A stretch of DNA of 64,000 nt from an uncultured Pseudomonadota bacterium (GCA_963819685.1 CAWFXI010000011.1:56173-120172), one strand, 5' to 3'; positions 48,636 through 58,866 are shown, numbered from the stretch's first letter. Numbers and translations are program-made. Notes: generated by a model not told the origin, from the sequence alone.

Positions 48636-51419
48636 TTACCGGATCCTCACGATACGGGCGGGATGCTTTGCTGGACCAGGAGTGTCAGAGCGACCGCCGC
48701 TCTCGACATTCGTCATCGACAGCAATGCGGATTGCACAACCCCGGGAAGAGCGGCGATGACCGACAACAGTTGCTGCTCCGAAACCGGCCTTGACAGCAG
48801 AAAGCCCTGCACGTGCATGGAGCGATGACCCAGCAGTATCGCGAGCTGCTCCGGACGTTCGATGCCTTCGGCGGTGATTTCAAGTTCCAGGATATGACAC
48901 AGGTCGATGATCGTCCGGGCAATTGCCGCTGAGCGAGTATTGGTATCGATCCCGTCAATCAGACTGCGGTCCAGTTTGACGCGGGTAAAGGGTAATTTCT
49001 GCAGCGAAGCCAGGGAAGAATAGCCCGTGCCGAAATCATCGAGCGCAATGGCAACGCCATGCGATCGCAGCTGCCGGAGGGCTTCCACAGTAGCTACCCC
49101 GGTTTGCAATACCGTCTCTGTCAATTCGATCTCTATGCAGCTGGGAGGCAGTCGGTACTCCTTCAACAGGCTCATGACGTGTTCGACGAACGTGGAGTCG
49201 ATCAACTGTCGCGATGAGACGTTGATGGCAACTCGAGCCCCGGGCCACTCGCCGTGATGCCAGCCGGATACCGTCCTGATGGCCGTTCGCAGGACCCAGT
49301 CGCTCACATCCATGATCAGTCCGGATTCCTCGGCAATGGACAGGAACTCGTCTGGTGAGGCCAATCGACCATCGGCGTGCCGCCAGCGAATCAGGGCTTC
49401 CACCATGTCCACTTGCATCGTCTGCAGATTCATCTCCGGCTGGAACATCAGCTCGAACTCTCCCCTTTCCAGGGCTCGGCGCAGGCCCTGCTCCGTGGTG
49501 AACTTGCTGGCAGCAAGTTCGAGAAGATCCGGTGTGAACTCATTCAGCTGGCTGCGTCCCAGGGCCTTGGCGCGAAAGAGAGCCGCATCCGCGGCCCGCA
49601 GCAGCGAGAACGCATCCTGCTCATGATCCGGATACAGGCTCGCACCGACACTCACGCTCACTGCGATATCGCGGCCATTGATCGACAGAGGCTCATCGAA
49701 CGCCCGGACCAGCTGCCAGCCTGCCTCCCTGATTTCCTCGACACTGCGCGCAGCCGAATACACCACCGTAAATTCGTCACCCCCCAATCTGGCGGCGAAA
49801 CCAAAACTGCCCGCCACTTGCTTCAATCGTTGCGCCAGCGCCTGCAGTACTCCGTCCCCAAAGGTGTGGCCCATGCCGTCGTTGATATTCTTGAAATTGT
49901 CCACGTCGAGAAAGAACACGCCGACCCACAGATGGTCGCGCGCGGCACGTTCGATGGCACCTGCCAGGAGTGTGGCAAGCTGGCGCCTGTTGGGGAGCGA
50001 TGTCAGTGGATCAAGTTCGGCGAGTTGCTGAAGTTGCCGGGTACGTTCCGCAACTTGCCGCTCAAGCTGTTGCTGATAGCGACGCGTGACCTCTTCCGAC
50101 GCCGCCAGTTGCTCTGCCATGGTGTTGAATGCCACACCGAGCGTGTCGAGCTCCTTGATACCACCCGGAGCTACCCGCGCGCCGACATCGCCTTTTGCAA
50201 GTTTCGCCGTGGCATCCAGCATTCTACGTACCGGCAATACGATGCTGCGAACGGTCGCAATGGAGATGATGACCAGCAACACGAGTACGCCGGCAGTAAT
50301 CCAGGCAATGATCAGGCGTGGACCATTGTCAGCAGGCGTCACGGTTGTTGTCTCGGAACGTTGTGACAGTACTGCCGGTGTCTGACCTTCGATCAGCGGG
50401 TCGGAACGATTCTGCGCCCGGATCGAATCAGCGAGCGCTTTGGCTGACGCTTTCATGCGCGCCGTAGCAGTTGCGATCGTCTCGGCGAGCGACTCGATAG
50501 GAGGCCTTGAGGACGCAAGGTCCAGCGCCGCCTTGCGGCGTTCTTCATCAAGTGGCAGCAAACTCGCTCGAGCCGCGACCAACTGGTCAAAGTCCTCGCG
50601 CATGGCACTCAGCCACGCCTCACCCTGTGAACTCGCCAAACCCTGCGCATCCTGCAGCAGTGCCCGTGCAAACTCGGCTTCGGCCGCCTGCACGGCGAGG
50701 TCCGAGGACGGCTGAATCATTTCATTGGTTGTCAGCGCACCAAACTCCGCCCCGATAGCGTCAAGGCTGGCCTTCAGCTTGATCAGAGACTGGCGCGCGA
50801 CGACGCGTCCAAAGATCCTCCAGGCACGATCAAGCGAGCCGCCGATTCTTGAGTGCATGGATTCGTAGCGGGTGGAGAATTCTCCGAGTACCGCGCGCCT
50901 TGCGTCGGCAAGCCGGACTACTTCTGCGCCGTTCTGCTTGTGCCGCCGAATAGCGGCGCTGAGTTTCTTCAGCTGGTCCTGGCTTGCAGCTTCGTGAGCA
51001 TATGCTGCGAGACCCGCATAGGCCTGGTCGATTGCCTTCTCTGTCGCCTGCAGCTGCTGCGAGTTGTCGGGCGTGTGCCGCTCTGCCCTGGCATTCACGG
51101 CGTGAGAGAATTGATCAATAGCGGCAACCAGGACCACGGTGTCCGTTTTTGCTTCCGCAACTGCAGGGGGCATCGAATCGCGGATCAGCGGAGCGACAAC
51201 AGGGCTGATATCGACGAGCGGCGCAACTTCTGTGGTATGAATGATCGACGGACCTTTGACCACGATCAGATTGGCCGATCCAGCGAGGATCGCAACCGCG
51301 ATGAACGCCATGGTAAGGATTGCGCCGATTCCCAACCGCGCACGCGCAATACGGGTCAGCGCCCTCCCGTGGGGAGTAGCAGACACCATCGTCCGCGCCC
51401 TGTCTTTCAGCGACCTCAT
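48636..51419 (-). CDS. Membrane sensor diguanylate cyclase/phosphodiesterase (large helical N-domain - HAMP - GGDEF - EAL)
   Basis: 927 aa. HAMP (VRRMLDATAKLAKGDVGARV...ELDTLGVAFNTMAEQL). RLGGDEFTVV. EAL block (EALIRW...DDFGTGYSSL...VKLDRSL...EGIE). Confidence 0.9.
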   Translation of the reverse strand: MRSLKDRARTMVSATPHGRALTRIARARLGIGAILTMAFIAVAILAGSANLIVVKGPSIIHTTEVAPLVDISPVVAPLIRDSMPPAVAEAKTDTVVLVAAIDQFSHAVNARAERHTPDNSQQLQATEKAIDQAYAGLAAYAHEAASQDQLKKLSAAIRRHKQNGAEVVRLADARRAVLGEFSTRYESMHSRIGGSLDRAWRIFGRVVARQSLIKLKASLDAIGAEFGALTTNEMIQPSSDLAVQAAEAEFARALLQDAQGLASSQGEAWLSAMREDFDQLVAARASLLPLDEERRKAALDLASSRPPIESLAETIATATARMKASAKALADSIRAQNRSDPLIEGQTPAVLSQRSETTTVTPADNGPRLIIAWITAGVLVLLVIISIATVRSIVLPVRRMLDATAKLAKGDVGARVAPGGIKELDTLGVAFNTMAEQLAASEEVTRRYQQQLERQVAERTRQLQQLAELDPLTSLPNRRQLATLLAGAIERAARDHLWVGVFFLDVDNFKNINDGMGHTFGDGVLQALAQRLKQVAGSFGFAARLGGDEFTVVYSAARSVEEIREAGWQLVRAFDEPLSINGRDIAVSVSVGASLYPDHEQDAFSLLRAADAALFRAKALGRSQLNEFTPDLLELAASKFTTEQGLRRALERGEFELMFQPEMNLQTMQVDMVEALIRWRHADGRLASPDEFLSIAEESGLIMDVSDWVLRTAIRTVSGWHHGEWPGARVAINVSSRQLIDSTFVEHVMSLLKEYRLPPSCIEIELTETVLQTGVATVEALRQLRSHGVAIALDDFGTGYSSLASLQKLPFTRVKLDRSLIDGIDTNTRSAAIARTIIDLCHILELEITAEGIERPEQLAILLGHRSMHVQGFLLSRPVSEQQLLSVIAALPGVVQSALLSMTNVESGGRSDTPGPAKHPARIVRIR

Positions 51420-51671
51420 CTGCCTGCGCCCAGCTCAGCGCCCCCTCACGTTGCTTTGAAGACGCAAGGTGCACGGTTCCCCGCAAAGAAACTGTGAGTC
51501 GGTTCGCGGTAAGGTTGCTCGCTGTCCGCGCGGCTCCCTGTGTTCGCTGCCGCACGGACGATCAAGCCTTCTGCCTCGGGGTCTTCCAGCGTGCTGCTCA
51601 GGGCTTCCACGAGGACAGGGGTTGTCGGGGTCCGGGTTTTCCCTGAATGGCTACCGGTAACGACCCTTATG

Positions 51672-51875
51672 TCACTGTTTGGTCCCCGATTCCCGGTAGC
51701 CGATCATCGTGATGATCTCCACGTTCCCTTCACTCAGGCGATGGAACTTCACTTCGTTGTAGTCCCGCACGATGACGGCGATTTCGGCGCGGGTCAGCTG
51801 GCGGTGAGCGTAGATCGAATACTGGAAATTGGATTCACGTGCGCGGACCACATGTTTGAAGGGCGGCTTCTTCAT
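51672..51875 (-). CDS. Hypothetical 67-aa protein
   Basis: ATG preceded by GGAGGGAG. MKKPPFKHVVRARESNFQYSIYAHRQLTRAEIAVIVRDYNEVKFHRLSEGNVEIITMIGYRESGTKQ. Protein-like composition, but no family recognised. Confidence 0.45.
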   Translation of the reverse strand: MKKPPFKHVVRARESNFQYSIYAHRQLTRAEIAVIVRDYNEVKFHRLSEGNVEIITMIGYRESGTKQ

Positions 51876-51906
51876 GGCTCATCTCCCTCCGGACCCCCTG
51901 CTGAAT

Positions 51907-51944
51907 TAAAAAAGCCTGGTCCGGCTTAAAGCCAAACCAGGCTA
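51907..51944 (-). terminator. Intrinsic-terminator-like hairpin in the 5' leader of the 67-aa ORF (possible attenuator)
   Basis: Minus strand reads AGCCTGGT-ttGGCtttaaGCCgg-ACCAGGCT followed by TTTTTT. It ends about 30 nt upstream of the ATG at 51875. No minus-strand gene lies upstream for it to terminate. Confidence 0.45.
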
Positions 51945-52163
51945 TGGGCCGCTCGTTCTGGGGTAGAAACAGGAGCAGTGGCAATAGTGTCCCTCGAAGT
52001 ACCCGGTTGCGATGTCGGCGAGTCCCGCTCCGGGCCCTAGGAAATGTCCGACAGTCGCCCGGCATCAGGATTTCCAGCGCCCGGGTTCTGCTCATATACT
52101 CGGATTGCAGTTGCCCCTTCACCAACGGCACCCTCTATCCGGGAGGTGCGGAATCGCCTGATT

Positions 52164-53444
52164 GTGATCAAAAACGATGATGTTTCCCGCCAGTTGCCGG
52201 GTCCGCTACGGGCATTGGCGCACCGCGACTTCCGACTGTATTTCTCAGGCCAGGCAGTTTCGATCCTCGGTTCCTGGATTCAGCAGGTGGCCATGTCCTG
52301 GCTGGTCTACCGGCTGACAGGGTCAGCCGTGCTGCTTGGGGTGACAGCCTTTTCCGCGCTGATTCCGCAGCTGCTGATCAGTCCTGTGGCGGGGGCATGG
52401 ATCGACAAGCAGGACAAGCGGCGGTGGCTGATCGGCGTACAGGCGATCCTCGCAGTACAGGCGCTGGTGCTGGCTGCCCTGACGGCGAGTCACCTGATCG
52501 GGCCGACGGTGCTGGTGGCGATGTCGCTGTTGCTCGGCGTGCTCAACAGTTTCGACTCGCCATTGCGGCAATCATTACTCAGCAATTTTGTCGGCAGCCG
52601 CGAAGACCTGCCCAACGCCCTGGCGCTCAATGCCATGCTGTTCAACATCGGCCGCTTCATTGGCCCACCCGTCGCGGGGTTCCTGGTGGCCGTCACTTCC
52701 GAGGCCGCGTGCTTTGCACTGAACTCCCTGTCATTCATTGCGCTGATCACCGCGTTGGTGTTTATCAAAGGCAAGCCGGAATCGCGCGCGACCGGTTCCA
52801 TGAGCAAGGTGTTCCGCGAAGGCGTGCAGTTTGCGTGGCACACCTGGGAGGTACGCATGCTGATCACCATCCTGATCGCGCTCAATGTGACCGCCTCTGC
52901 CTATACCGTTCTGCTGCCGGTCTTCGCCAAAGACGTGTTTGGCGGCGATGCGATTACGCTCGGCTGGCTGTGGGGCGCCGCCGGTTGCGGTGCCTTTGCA
53001 GGCACGATCTTCCTGGCCACACACAAATCGATTCCGGGACTGGTTCAGTCCATCGTCACCGGCATCCTGCTCAGTGCGTTGACGCTGTTGGCGTTCGGAG
53101 CAACCCCCCTCTTCCCCGTGGCATTGGCGTCGATGGTGGTCCTCGGCTTCGGCATCTCGGTGTGCAATGTCGGCTGCAGCATGCTGCTGCAGAGCGTGAC
53201 GCCGGGCGTATTGATCGGCCGGATCGCCTCGTTCTTTACGTCGGCCCGATTCGGCTTCGATGCCATTGGCGGCCTGATTGCCGGTATCCTCGCCGCATCG
53301 CTCGGCGCGGGGACCACACTGATGGCCGAGGGCCTCGTTCTGACGATGTTCCTGGTATTCCTGCTGACGCGCAGGGAAAGACTGCGCGATAAGGTCATGC
53401 ACGGAACCCATCTGCCAGCCAGCGGGCAAGACGAAACCGTCTGA
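52164..53444 (+). CDS. MFS transporter (EntS/MFS_3-like)
   Basis: LRALAHRDFRLYFSGQAVSILGSWIQQVAMSWLVYRLTGS plus about 12 TM helices. The GTG start at 52164 is a guess; the ORF-track start at 52044 is probably too early. Confidence 0.8.
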   Translation: MIKNDDVSRQLPGPLRALAHRDFRLYFSGQAVSILGSWIQQVAMSWLVYRLTGSAVLLGVTAFSALIPQLLISPVAGAWIDKQDKRRWLIGVQAILAVQALVLAALTASHLIGPTVLVAMSLLLGVLNSFDSPLRQSLLSNFVGSREDLPNALALNAMLFNIGRFIGPPVAGFLVAVTSEAACFALNSLSFIALITALVFIKGKPESRATGSMSKVFREGVQFAWHTWEVRMLITILIALNVTASAYTVLLPVFAKDVFGGDAITLGWLWGAAGCGAFAGTIFLATHKSIPGLVQSIVTGILLSALTLLAFGATPLFPVALASMVVLGFGISVCNVGCSMLLQSVTPGVLIGRIASFFTSARFGFDAIGGLIAGILAASLGAGTTLMAEGLVLTMFLVFLLTRRERLRDKVMHGTHLPASGQDETV

Positions 53445-53605
53445 TACGACTCCACAAACAAGCCGAACCTCGATCGGATTCCTGGATTCCGGTCCGCGCC
53501 AACGCTCTCTCCGAGGGCTCTTCATGCCTGCCATCAGCTCCTGCTGGTTGCAAAAGGATTTGTACAGCTGTAAAAGACAACTTGGACCAGGGGGAGCAGT
53601 TGTCC

Positions 53606-53902
53606 ATGAGACGGCGCGACATATATATGGTGCTGACGGTGGCGGCGGGATCATCCGTCCTGGCTGTTCTTGCCGCCTGTGGACCTCCTGCTGGCACAGT
53701 GGTCGAAGGTGTTCCCGATAAAATCAATTACAACTGGGACGTTCGGCCGATCCTGTCGCAGAACTGCTTTGCGTGTCATGGAAACCAGAAGCAGGAGGCG
53801 GGCCTCAGGCTCGACATCCAGAAGAACGCCTACGACCCGCTGCCGGAAACGCCCGGCAAGCGCGCCGATAGTTCCCGGCAAACCGGACGCCAGCGAGCTT
53901 GA
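53606..53902 (+). CDS. PSCyt1 (planctomycete-type cytochrome c) N-terminal fragment of a frame-broken PSCyt1/DUF1549/DUF1553 gene
   Basis: Signal/lipobox LAAC. NYNWDVRPILSQNCFACHGNQKQEAGLRLD (CxxCH). Native sequence is lost after ...PETPGKRA. Confidence 0.7.
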   Translation: MRRRDIYMVLTVAAGSSVLAVLAACGPPAGTVVEGVPDKINYNWDVRPILSQNCFACHGNQKQEAGLRLDIQKNAYDPLPETPGKRADSSRQTGRQRA

Positions 53903-53969
53903 TCCAGCGCATCTCCTCGACGGATGTCGACTACCGCATGCCGCCGAAGGAGACGCACAAGGTATCTGA

Positions 53970-56951
53970 CGGAGCGGGAAGTCGCACATCCTGACCCGAT
54001 GGATCGATCAGGGTGGAAAGTACGAGCAGCATTGGGCTTATCTGCCGCCAAAGGAAGCGAAGCCCGCAAAGAATCCATGGGGTGATCGCGTCGTCAATCC
54101 GATCGACAGCTTTGTCTTTGCGCGGCTGGCGAAGGAAAAGCTTGTCCCCTCGCCGGAGGCGGACCGCGAAATCCTGATCAACCGGGTCACGCTCGATCTG
54201 ACTGGCCTGCCGCCCACGCTGGCAGATGTCGATGCGTTCGTTGCCGATCAGCGCCCGGACGCTTACGAGCAGCTGGTCGACCGCCTGCTCTCTTCTCGTC
54301 CCTATGCCGAGCGGCAGGCAAACATCTGGTTGGACGTTGCGCGGTATGCCGACTCCGACGGCTTCCTGTTCGACAATCTTGGCCGGTTTCAGCATCCGTA
54401 TCGGGACTGGGTGATTTCCGCGTTCGAGCGCAACATTCCCTATGACAAGTTCGTCACGTGGCAACTCGCAGGCGACAAACTGCCGAATCCCACGCAGGAG
54501 CAGCTCCTGGCTACCTCGTTCGCGCGGATGGGCAAGCGATCGAATGAAGGCGGCATCATCGACGAGGAATACCGGGTCGAATATGGCCTCGAGCGTACCG
54601 AGCTGGTGGGCAAGGCATTCCTCGGCCTCACGGTAGGTTGCGCCAAATGCCACGATCACAAGTACGACGTGATCAGCCAGCGCGATTTTTATTCGATCTA
54701 CGCTTTCTTCAACAATCTGGACGAGCGTGGCATTGGCCAATCTGGAGGTTACGGGACGCCCATGGGTCCGACGCTCGCCTGGCCCACCCCGATGCAGGCT
54801 CGTCAGCTTGCTGACATGCGGAAGGTGACTGCAGCGAAGGAAGCCGAATACCAGGCCGCTCGGGATTCGGCTCGACGCGATGCCACGTCAAGGATTGAGC
54901 CTTTGCTTGCGGCGTCAGCGGAACAGCGCAGCGCTTTCCTGCAGCAAAGCATGTCGGCAGATCTTCAGGCCTACTATCCACTCGACACGGAATACAAAGG
55001 ATCATTTGCTTCCCTGCTGCTCGGTCCGGATGGCATTCCGCTCGAGGTTGCGAAAGCCGCAGAGCACGCAACGCCTGGCAGCGGCACGCTACCCGCCGAT
55101 AGCGCGCTGCATGCGGAAGATCCGGATCTGCCACATCTTGCCGGCATGGATGTCGATCAGACCATTCGTGCTCGACGGCAGAACGCCGCACAACGCAGAA
55201 GTCCGCCGAAGCCGTTCCTCCCGCAATACCTGTCCACTGACCAACTCGCCTGGTCGCCTTCGGCGATTCCGGGCAACAAGCCGGCGGCATTGAACAACGT
55301 GAAACTCGTGCCCGGCGTAAAGGGCCAGGCAGCATTGCTCGACGATTCCGTCGGGATGGCCGATCACGCAGTGGGTTTCTTCGAACGCACCCAGCCCTTC
55401 ACGCTGGATGTCTGGGTGAAACTGCGCGCGGACAAACCTTATGAAGAGGTCAACCTGCTTTACAACCGCTTTCAGTTTGCCGGTCGCGAAGGCCAGGGCT
55501 ATGAGCTGCAGCTGCGCGACAATCACCTGCGGTTCGCGCTCGTGCATTCCCAGCCCTACAACCAGCTGGCAGTCATCGCGAAGGAAAAGCTGCCTACCGA
55601 TCGTTGGATCCACGTGACGGCGACTTATGACGGGAACAGTCGTGCCGCCGGGACGAAACTCTATGTCGACGGCGCACCAGTCGACACTGAAGTGACGCAT
55701 GATCGTCTTACTCGCAGCTCACTGCCGGCCTTTGGGCGTGGACCGTTCGATACTGCCTATGGATTCGCGTGGGGCAAGAGCTTTACCAAGGATGAATTCA
55801 AGGGCGGCTCCATCGACGAGATCAAGGTTTACGGCCGTGCATTGACGCCAGTTGAAGTCGCCTTTGGTCACGATCCGGCAGCAGTCCTCGCAATGACACC
55901 CGATGTCGTTCGCCCGCAGCTCGTCGACATTACTGCTGCAAGAGATTCGCACGTAGCGGAGGCGTGGCTGGCACTGAGACAAGCGCGCGAGGCGGAACAG
56001 GCTGCGGAGTCGAAGGTTTACCAGGTGATGGTGATGGCCGATGCAATGACGCCACGAACGACGCATGTCCTCAGCAACGGTCTTTACAATGAGCCTCGCG
56101 ACGAGGTGCAGGCCCAGGCCCCCTCGCGCGTGTTTCGCTGGGACGACAATCTTTCACGGGACAGGCTTGGCCTCACGCAGTGGTTGTTTGACAAGGACAA
56201 TCCGCTGACGGCACGGGTCTATGTCAATCGGTTGTGGCAAAGCCATTTCGGCAATGGCATCGTCGAAACCATCGAGGACTTTGGCACCCAGGGCTCGAAT
56301 CCCACGCATCCTGAACTGCTCGACTGGCTGGCCGTCGAATTCGTCCGCTCAGGGTGGGATATCAGGCACATGCACAAGCTGATGGTGATGTCGTCCACCT
56401 ATCGGCAGTCATCAAACAGTACTCCGGAACTGCTCGAGCGGGATTCGCGCAATTTATTGCTCGCGCGCGGTCCAAGATACCGGATGCCGGCAGAGATGAT
56501 CCGCGACAACGCCCTGTTTGCCAGCGGCCTGCTGGTCGATCGTGTGGGCGGCGACAGCGTATTTCCGTACCAGCCGGAGGGAGTGTGGGACAACATCGGC
56601 GTCGGTGCCGGCCCCTATCCCGAAAATGTCCCTGATGACCAGATGCACCGGCGCTCGATGTACACGTTTGTCCGGCGAAATGCGGCGTACCCTGCGCTGA
56701 CAGTGTTCGATATGCCTGACCGCAATGTCTCCGCGGTGTTCCGGCGAATATCGAATACCCCGCTGCAGGCGCTCGTGCTGCTCAACGACCCGCAGTACGT
56801 GGAGGCCTATCGCAAGCTGGCAGAGCGCGCGCTCAAGGATGCGCCGACGCCGGATCAGCAACTGGTCACGGTGTTTCCGCCTGGCAACCCGTCGGCACCC
56901 AGCCGCAGAGGAACTCGATGCCATGCGCCGCTACCGCCAGTCAGAGATTGA
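53970..56951 (+). CDS. DUF1549 (PSCyt2) / DUF1553 (PSD1) protein, main body of the same gene
   Basis: The frame is open from 53970; the ORF track starts at TTG 54330 only because no earlier start codon exists. [17 protein letters not shown]...[11 protein letters not shown]...[12 protein letters not shown]...[15 protein letters not shown]...[10 protein letters not shown]...a central jelly-roll-like LamG part...[23 protein letters not shown]...FDMPDRN. Confidence 0.8.
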   Translation, partial: RSGKSHILTRWIDQGGKYEQHWAYLPPKEAKPAKNPWGDRVVNPIDSFVFARLAKEKLVPSPEADREILINRVTLDLTGLPPTLADVDAFVADQRPDAYEQLVDRLLSSRPYAERQANIWLDVARYADSDGFLFDNLGRFQHPYRDWVISAFERNIPYDKFVTWQLAGDKLPNPTQEQLLATSFARMGKRSNEGGIIDEEYRVEYGLERTELVGKAFLGLTVGCAKCHDHKYDVISQRDFYSIYAFFNNLDERGIGQSGGYGTPMGPTLAWPTPMQARQLADMRKVTAAKEAEYQAARDSARRDATSRIEPLLAASAEQRSAFLQQSMSADLQAYYPLDTEYKGSFASLLLGPDGIPLEVAKAAEHATPGSGTLPADSALHAEDPDLPHLAGMDVDQTIRARRQNAAQRRSPPKPFLPQYLSTDQLAWSPSAIPGNKPAALNNVKLVPGVKGQAALLDDSVGMADHAVGFFERTQPFTLDVWVKLRADKPYEEVNLLYNRFQFAGREGQGYELQLRDNHLRFALVHSQPYNQLAVIAKEKLPTDRWIHVTATYDGNSRAAGTKLYVDGAPVDTEVTHDRLTRSSLPAFGRGPFDTAYGFAWGKSFTKDEFKGGSIDEIKVYGRALTPVEVAFGHDPAAVLAMTPDVVRPQLVDITAARDSHVAEAWLALRQAREAEQAAESKVYQVMVMADAMTPRTTHVLSNGLYNEPRDEVQAQAPSRVFRWDDNLSRDRLGLTQWLFDKDNPLTARVYVNRLWQSHFGNGIVETIEDFGTQGSNPTHPELLDWLAVEFVRSGWDIRHMHKLMVMSSTYRQSSNSTPELLERDSRNLLLARGPRYRMPAEMIRDNALFASGLLVDRVGGDSVFPYQPEGVWDNIGVGAGPYPENVPDDQMHRRSMYTFVRRNAAYPALTVFDMPDRNVSAVFRRISNTPLQALVLLNDPQYVEAYRKLAERALKDAPTPDQQLVTVFPPGNPSAPSRRGTRCHAPLPPVRD

Positions 56952-57102
56952 ACATCTCGGCAAGACGCAGGATGCAGTACAGAAGCTCCTCAAGACAGGT
57001 GTTACGCCCGCCGATGCGACGCTTGATCCGGTGCAACTCGCTGCGATGACGATGGTGACCGCGGGCGTCATGAACAGCCCTGACGCGTATTCGATTCGCT
57101 AG
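56725..57102 (+). CDS. C-terminal fragment of the DUF1553 gene (native from about 56877)
   Basis: ...[42 protein letters not shown]...AAMTMVTAGVMNSPDAYSIR continues ...DQQLVTVF of the main frame after a +1 shift at TTT/CC 56874-56878. Confidence 0.6.
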   Translation: MSPRCSGEYRIPRCRRSCCSTTRSTWRPIASWQSARSRMRRRRISNWSRCFRLATRRHPAAEELDAMRRYRQSEIEHLGKTQDAVQKLLKTGVTPADATLDPVQLAAMTMVTAGVMNSPDAYSIR

Positions 57103-57113
57103 GAAATATCGCC

Positions 57114-57326
57114 ATGAGCAAGCTCAACTCTGAACTGATCGCCAATCTGTCGCGTCGCTCAATCCTGGGCGGCGGCATGGCGCTTGGCGTGCTCGCCGCC
57201 GCTGAACTCTTGGGCGTGCGCTCCTGCACGTGCGAGTTCGATCCCTTCCGGGAGGTCCTTCCACGACCGGGCCCGACCGAGGTGTGCTCGGAACTGGCCA
57301 TTTTCCGGCGCGAGCCAAACGCGTGA
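57114..57326 (+). CDS. DUF1501 protein, Tat-signal N-terminal fragment (frame-broken gene)
   Basis: MSKLNSELIANLSRRSILGGGMALGVLAAAELLG is a twin-arginine signal. The remainder of this ORF looks non-native. Confidence 0.6.
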   Translation: MSKLNSELIANLSRRSILGGGMALGVLAAAELLGVRSCTCEFDPFREVLPRPGPTEVCSELAIFRREPNA

Positions 57327-58591
57327 TCTCCATGCACATGCTTGGGGCCCCTTCGCAGATGGATACGTTCGAATACAAACCGATGCTGTGGAAGATGCAT
57401 GGGCAGGAAATTCCGCCATCGGTAAAAGGCACCGCGCGGATTTCAGCCATGAGCAATGCGCAGTCCAGCTTTCCGGTGATGAAGCCGATGCGCGATTTCA
57501 GGCAATACGGCAAGTCCGGCCGCTGGGTCAGCGACTTGATGCCCTATACAGGGCGGATCGTAGACGACCTGACGTTCGTGCATTCGCTGCATACCGAGCA
57601 TGTCAATCACGATCCTGCAACGCAGTTTCTGCATTCGGGCTTCCAGCTTCCGGGCCGGCCCTCCGTCGGCGCGTGGGTGAACTATGCACTCGGTACCGAC
57701 AATGCCCGGTTACCAAGCTTCATTGTCTTCAAGTCGAATTCGCGCGGGCCAACTGGCGTAGCGGCAAACGCCAACAGCTGGGGGGCGGGCTTTCTTCCTT
57801 CGCATCACCAGGGCGTGGAGTTTCGTGCCAGCGCTGATCCGGTTCTGTATGTCGGCAATCCGGATGGACTCAGCCGCGAGCAGCGACGCAGCGAACTCGA
57901 TTTCATCGGCGAGCTGTCGCAGGCTCAGTACAAGATGACGAACGATGTGGAAATCCTCTCCAAAATCGCCCAGTACGAAATGGCCTACCGGATGCAGGAA
58001 TCCGTTCCCGACGTGGCCGACATCTCGAAAGAACCGGACTACATCCTTGCCATGTACGGCGAAGATGTACACAAGCCGGGCTCTTTCGCACGGAACTGCC
58101 TGTTGACCCGCCGTCTGATCGAGCGCGACGTCAAATACATCGAGCTGGTCCATGTGGGCTGGGACGATCATTCACTGATCGCGGCGAATCACCCCGGCGA
58201 CTGTAAAGCCACCGACCAGCCGGCTGCCGCGCTGGTCGCCGACCTCAAACAGCGTGGCCTGCTCGAGGACACCCTGGTCTCGTGGGGCGGCGAATTCGGC
58301 CGCACGTGCTATGCACAAGGTGGAATTACCGCATCCTCCGGTCGTGACCATCATGGCGGCAATTTCACGATGTGGCTCGCCGGTGGTGGCCTCAAGCCAG
58401 GCATCGCCTTTGGTCAGACCGACGACTTCAGCTACAACATCGTCGACAAGCCGGTCAGCATGCATGACCTGCATGCGACGATCATGAGCCTGCTCGGCAT
58501 CGACCATACACGGCTCACCTATCACTACCAGGGGCGCGACTTCCGCCTCACCGACGTGAGCGGCGAAGTGATCAAGGACATTCTGGCCTGA
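57230..58591 (+). CDS. DUF1501 (sulfatase-like) protein, main body
   Basis: GHFPARAKRVISMHMLGAPSQMDTFEYKPML...LHTEHVNHDPA...ELVHVGWDDH...WGGEFGRT...GRDHHGGNFTMWLAGGG...HDLHATIMSLLGIDH. Confidence 0.85.
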   Translation: MRVRSLPGGPSTTGPDRGVLGTGHFPARAKRVISMHMLGAPSQMDTFEYKPMLWKMHGQEIPPSVKGTARISAMSNAQSSFPVMKPMRDFRQYGKSGRWVSDLMPYTGRIVDDLTFVHSLHTEHVNHDPATQFLHSGFQLPGRPSVGAWVNYALGTDNARLPSFIVFKSNSRGPTGVAANANSWGAGFLPSHHQGVEFRASADPVLYVGNPDGLSREQRRSELDFIGELSQAQYKMTNDVEILSKIAQYEMAYRMQESVPDVADISKEPDYILAMYGEDVHKPGSFARNCLLTRRLIERDVKYIELVHVGWDDHSLIAANHPGDCKATDQPAAALVADLKQRGLLEDTLVSWGGEFGRTCYAQGGITASSGRDHHGGNFTMWLAGGGLKPGIAFGQTDDFSYNIVDKPVSMHDLHATIMSLLGIDHTRLTYHYQGRDFRLTDVSGEVIKDILA

Positions 58592-58618
58592 AGCGATCAA
58601 TCTCCTGGAGATCACACA

Positions 58619-58646
58619 AGGCCCGGTCTGTTCGGGCCTTTCTGTC
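58619..58646 (+). terminator. Rho-independent terminator after the DUF1501 gene
   Basis: AGGCCCG-gtctgtt-CGGGCCT followed by TTCTGTCT. Confidence 0.6.
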
Positions 58647-58709
58647 TGGCAAGCAAGTGCTGTCATGCATATATAATCCATTCATTGCCGGCACCAACAG
58701 AGACCCACA

Positions 58710-58866
58710 ATGAATGACAGCAAGATCGGCTGGATAGGCCTCGGACGCATGGGCGAGGCAATGGCCATTCGCCTGCTCAAGAACAAGTGCGATGTCTCGG
58801 TATGGAACCGCACTGCCTCCAAGGCAGAGCCGTTGAAGCCCTACGGCGCAAAGATCGTCGGCCGCC
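58710..58866 (+). CDS. NAD(P)-dependent oxidoreductase of the 3-hydroxyisobutyrate dehydrogenase family, N-terminal fragment (frame-broken gene)
   Basis: KIGWIGLGRMGEAMAIRLLKNKCDVSVWNRTASKAEPL (Rossmann GxGxxG). Native sequence is lost after ...GAKIVGR. Confidence 0.7.

Noticed and set aside
51945-52140. Minus-strand motifs GGTGAAGG, GCAACTG and GCCACTG that recall cobalamin-riboswitch core elements.
   Set aside because: The order and spacing do not fit the consensus, with no AGGGAA...AATCC...CCCGC context and no GGGAAGGC after GCCACTG. The downstream gene is not B12-related. Kept only as an unclassified structured leader.
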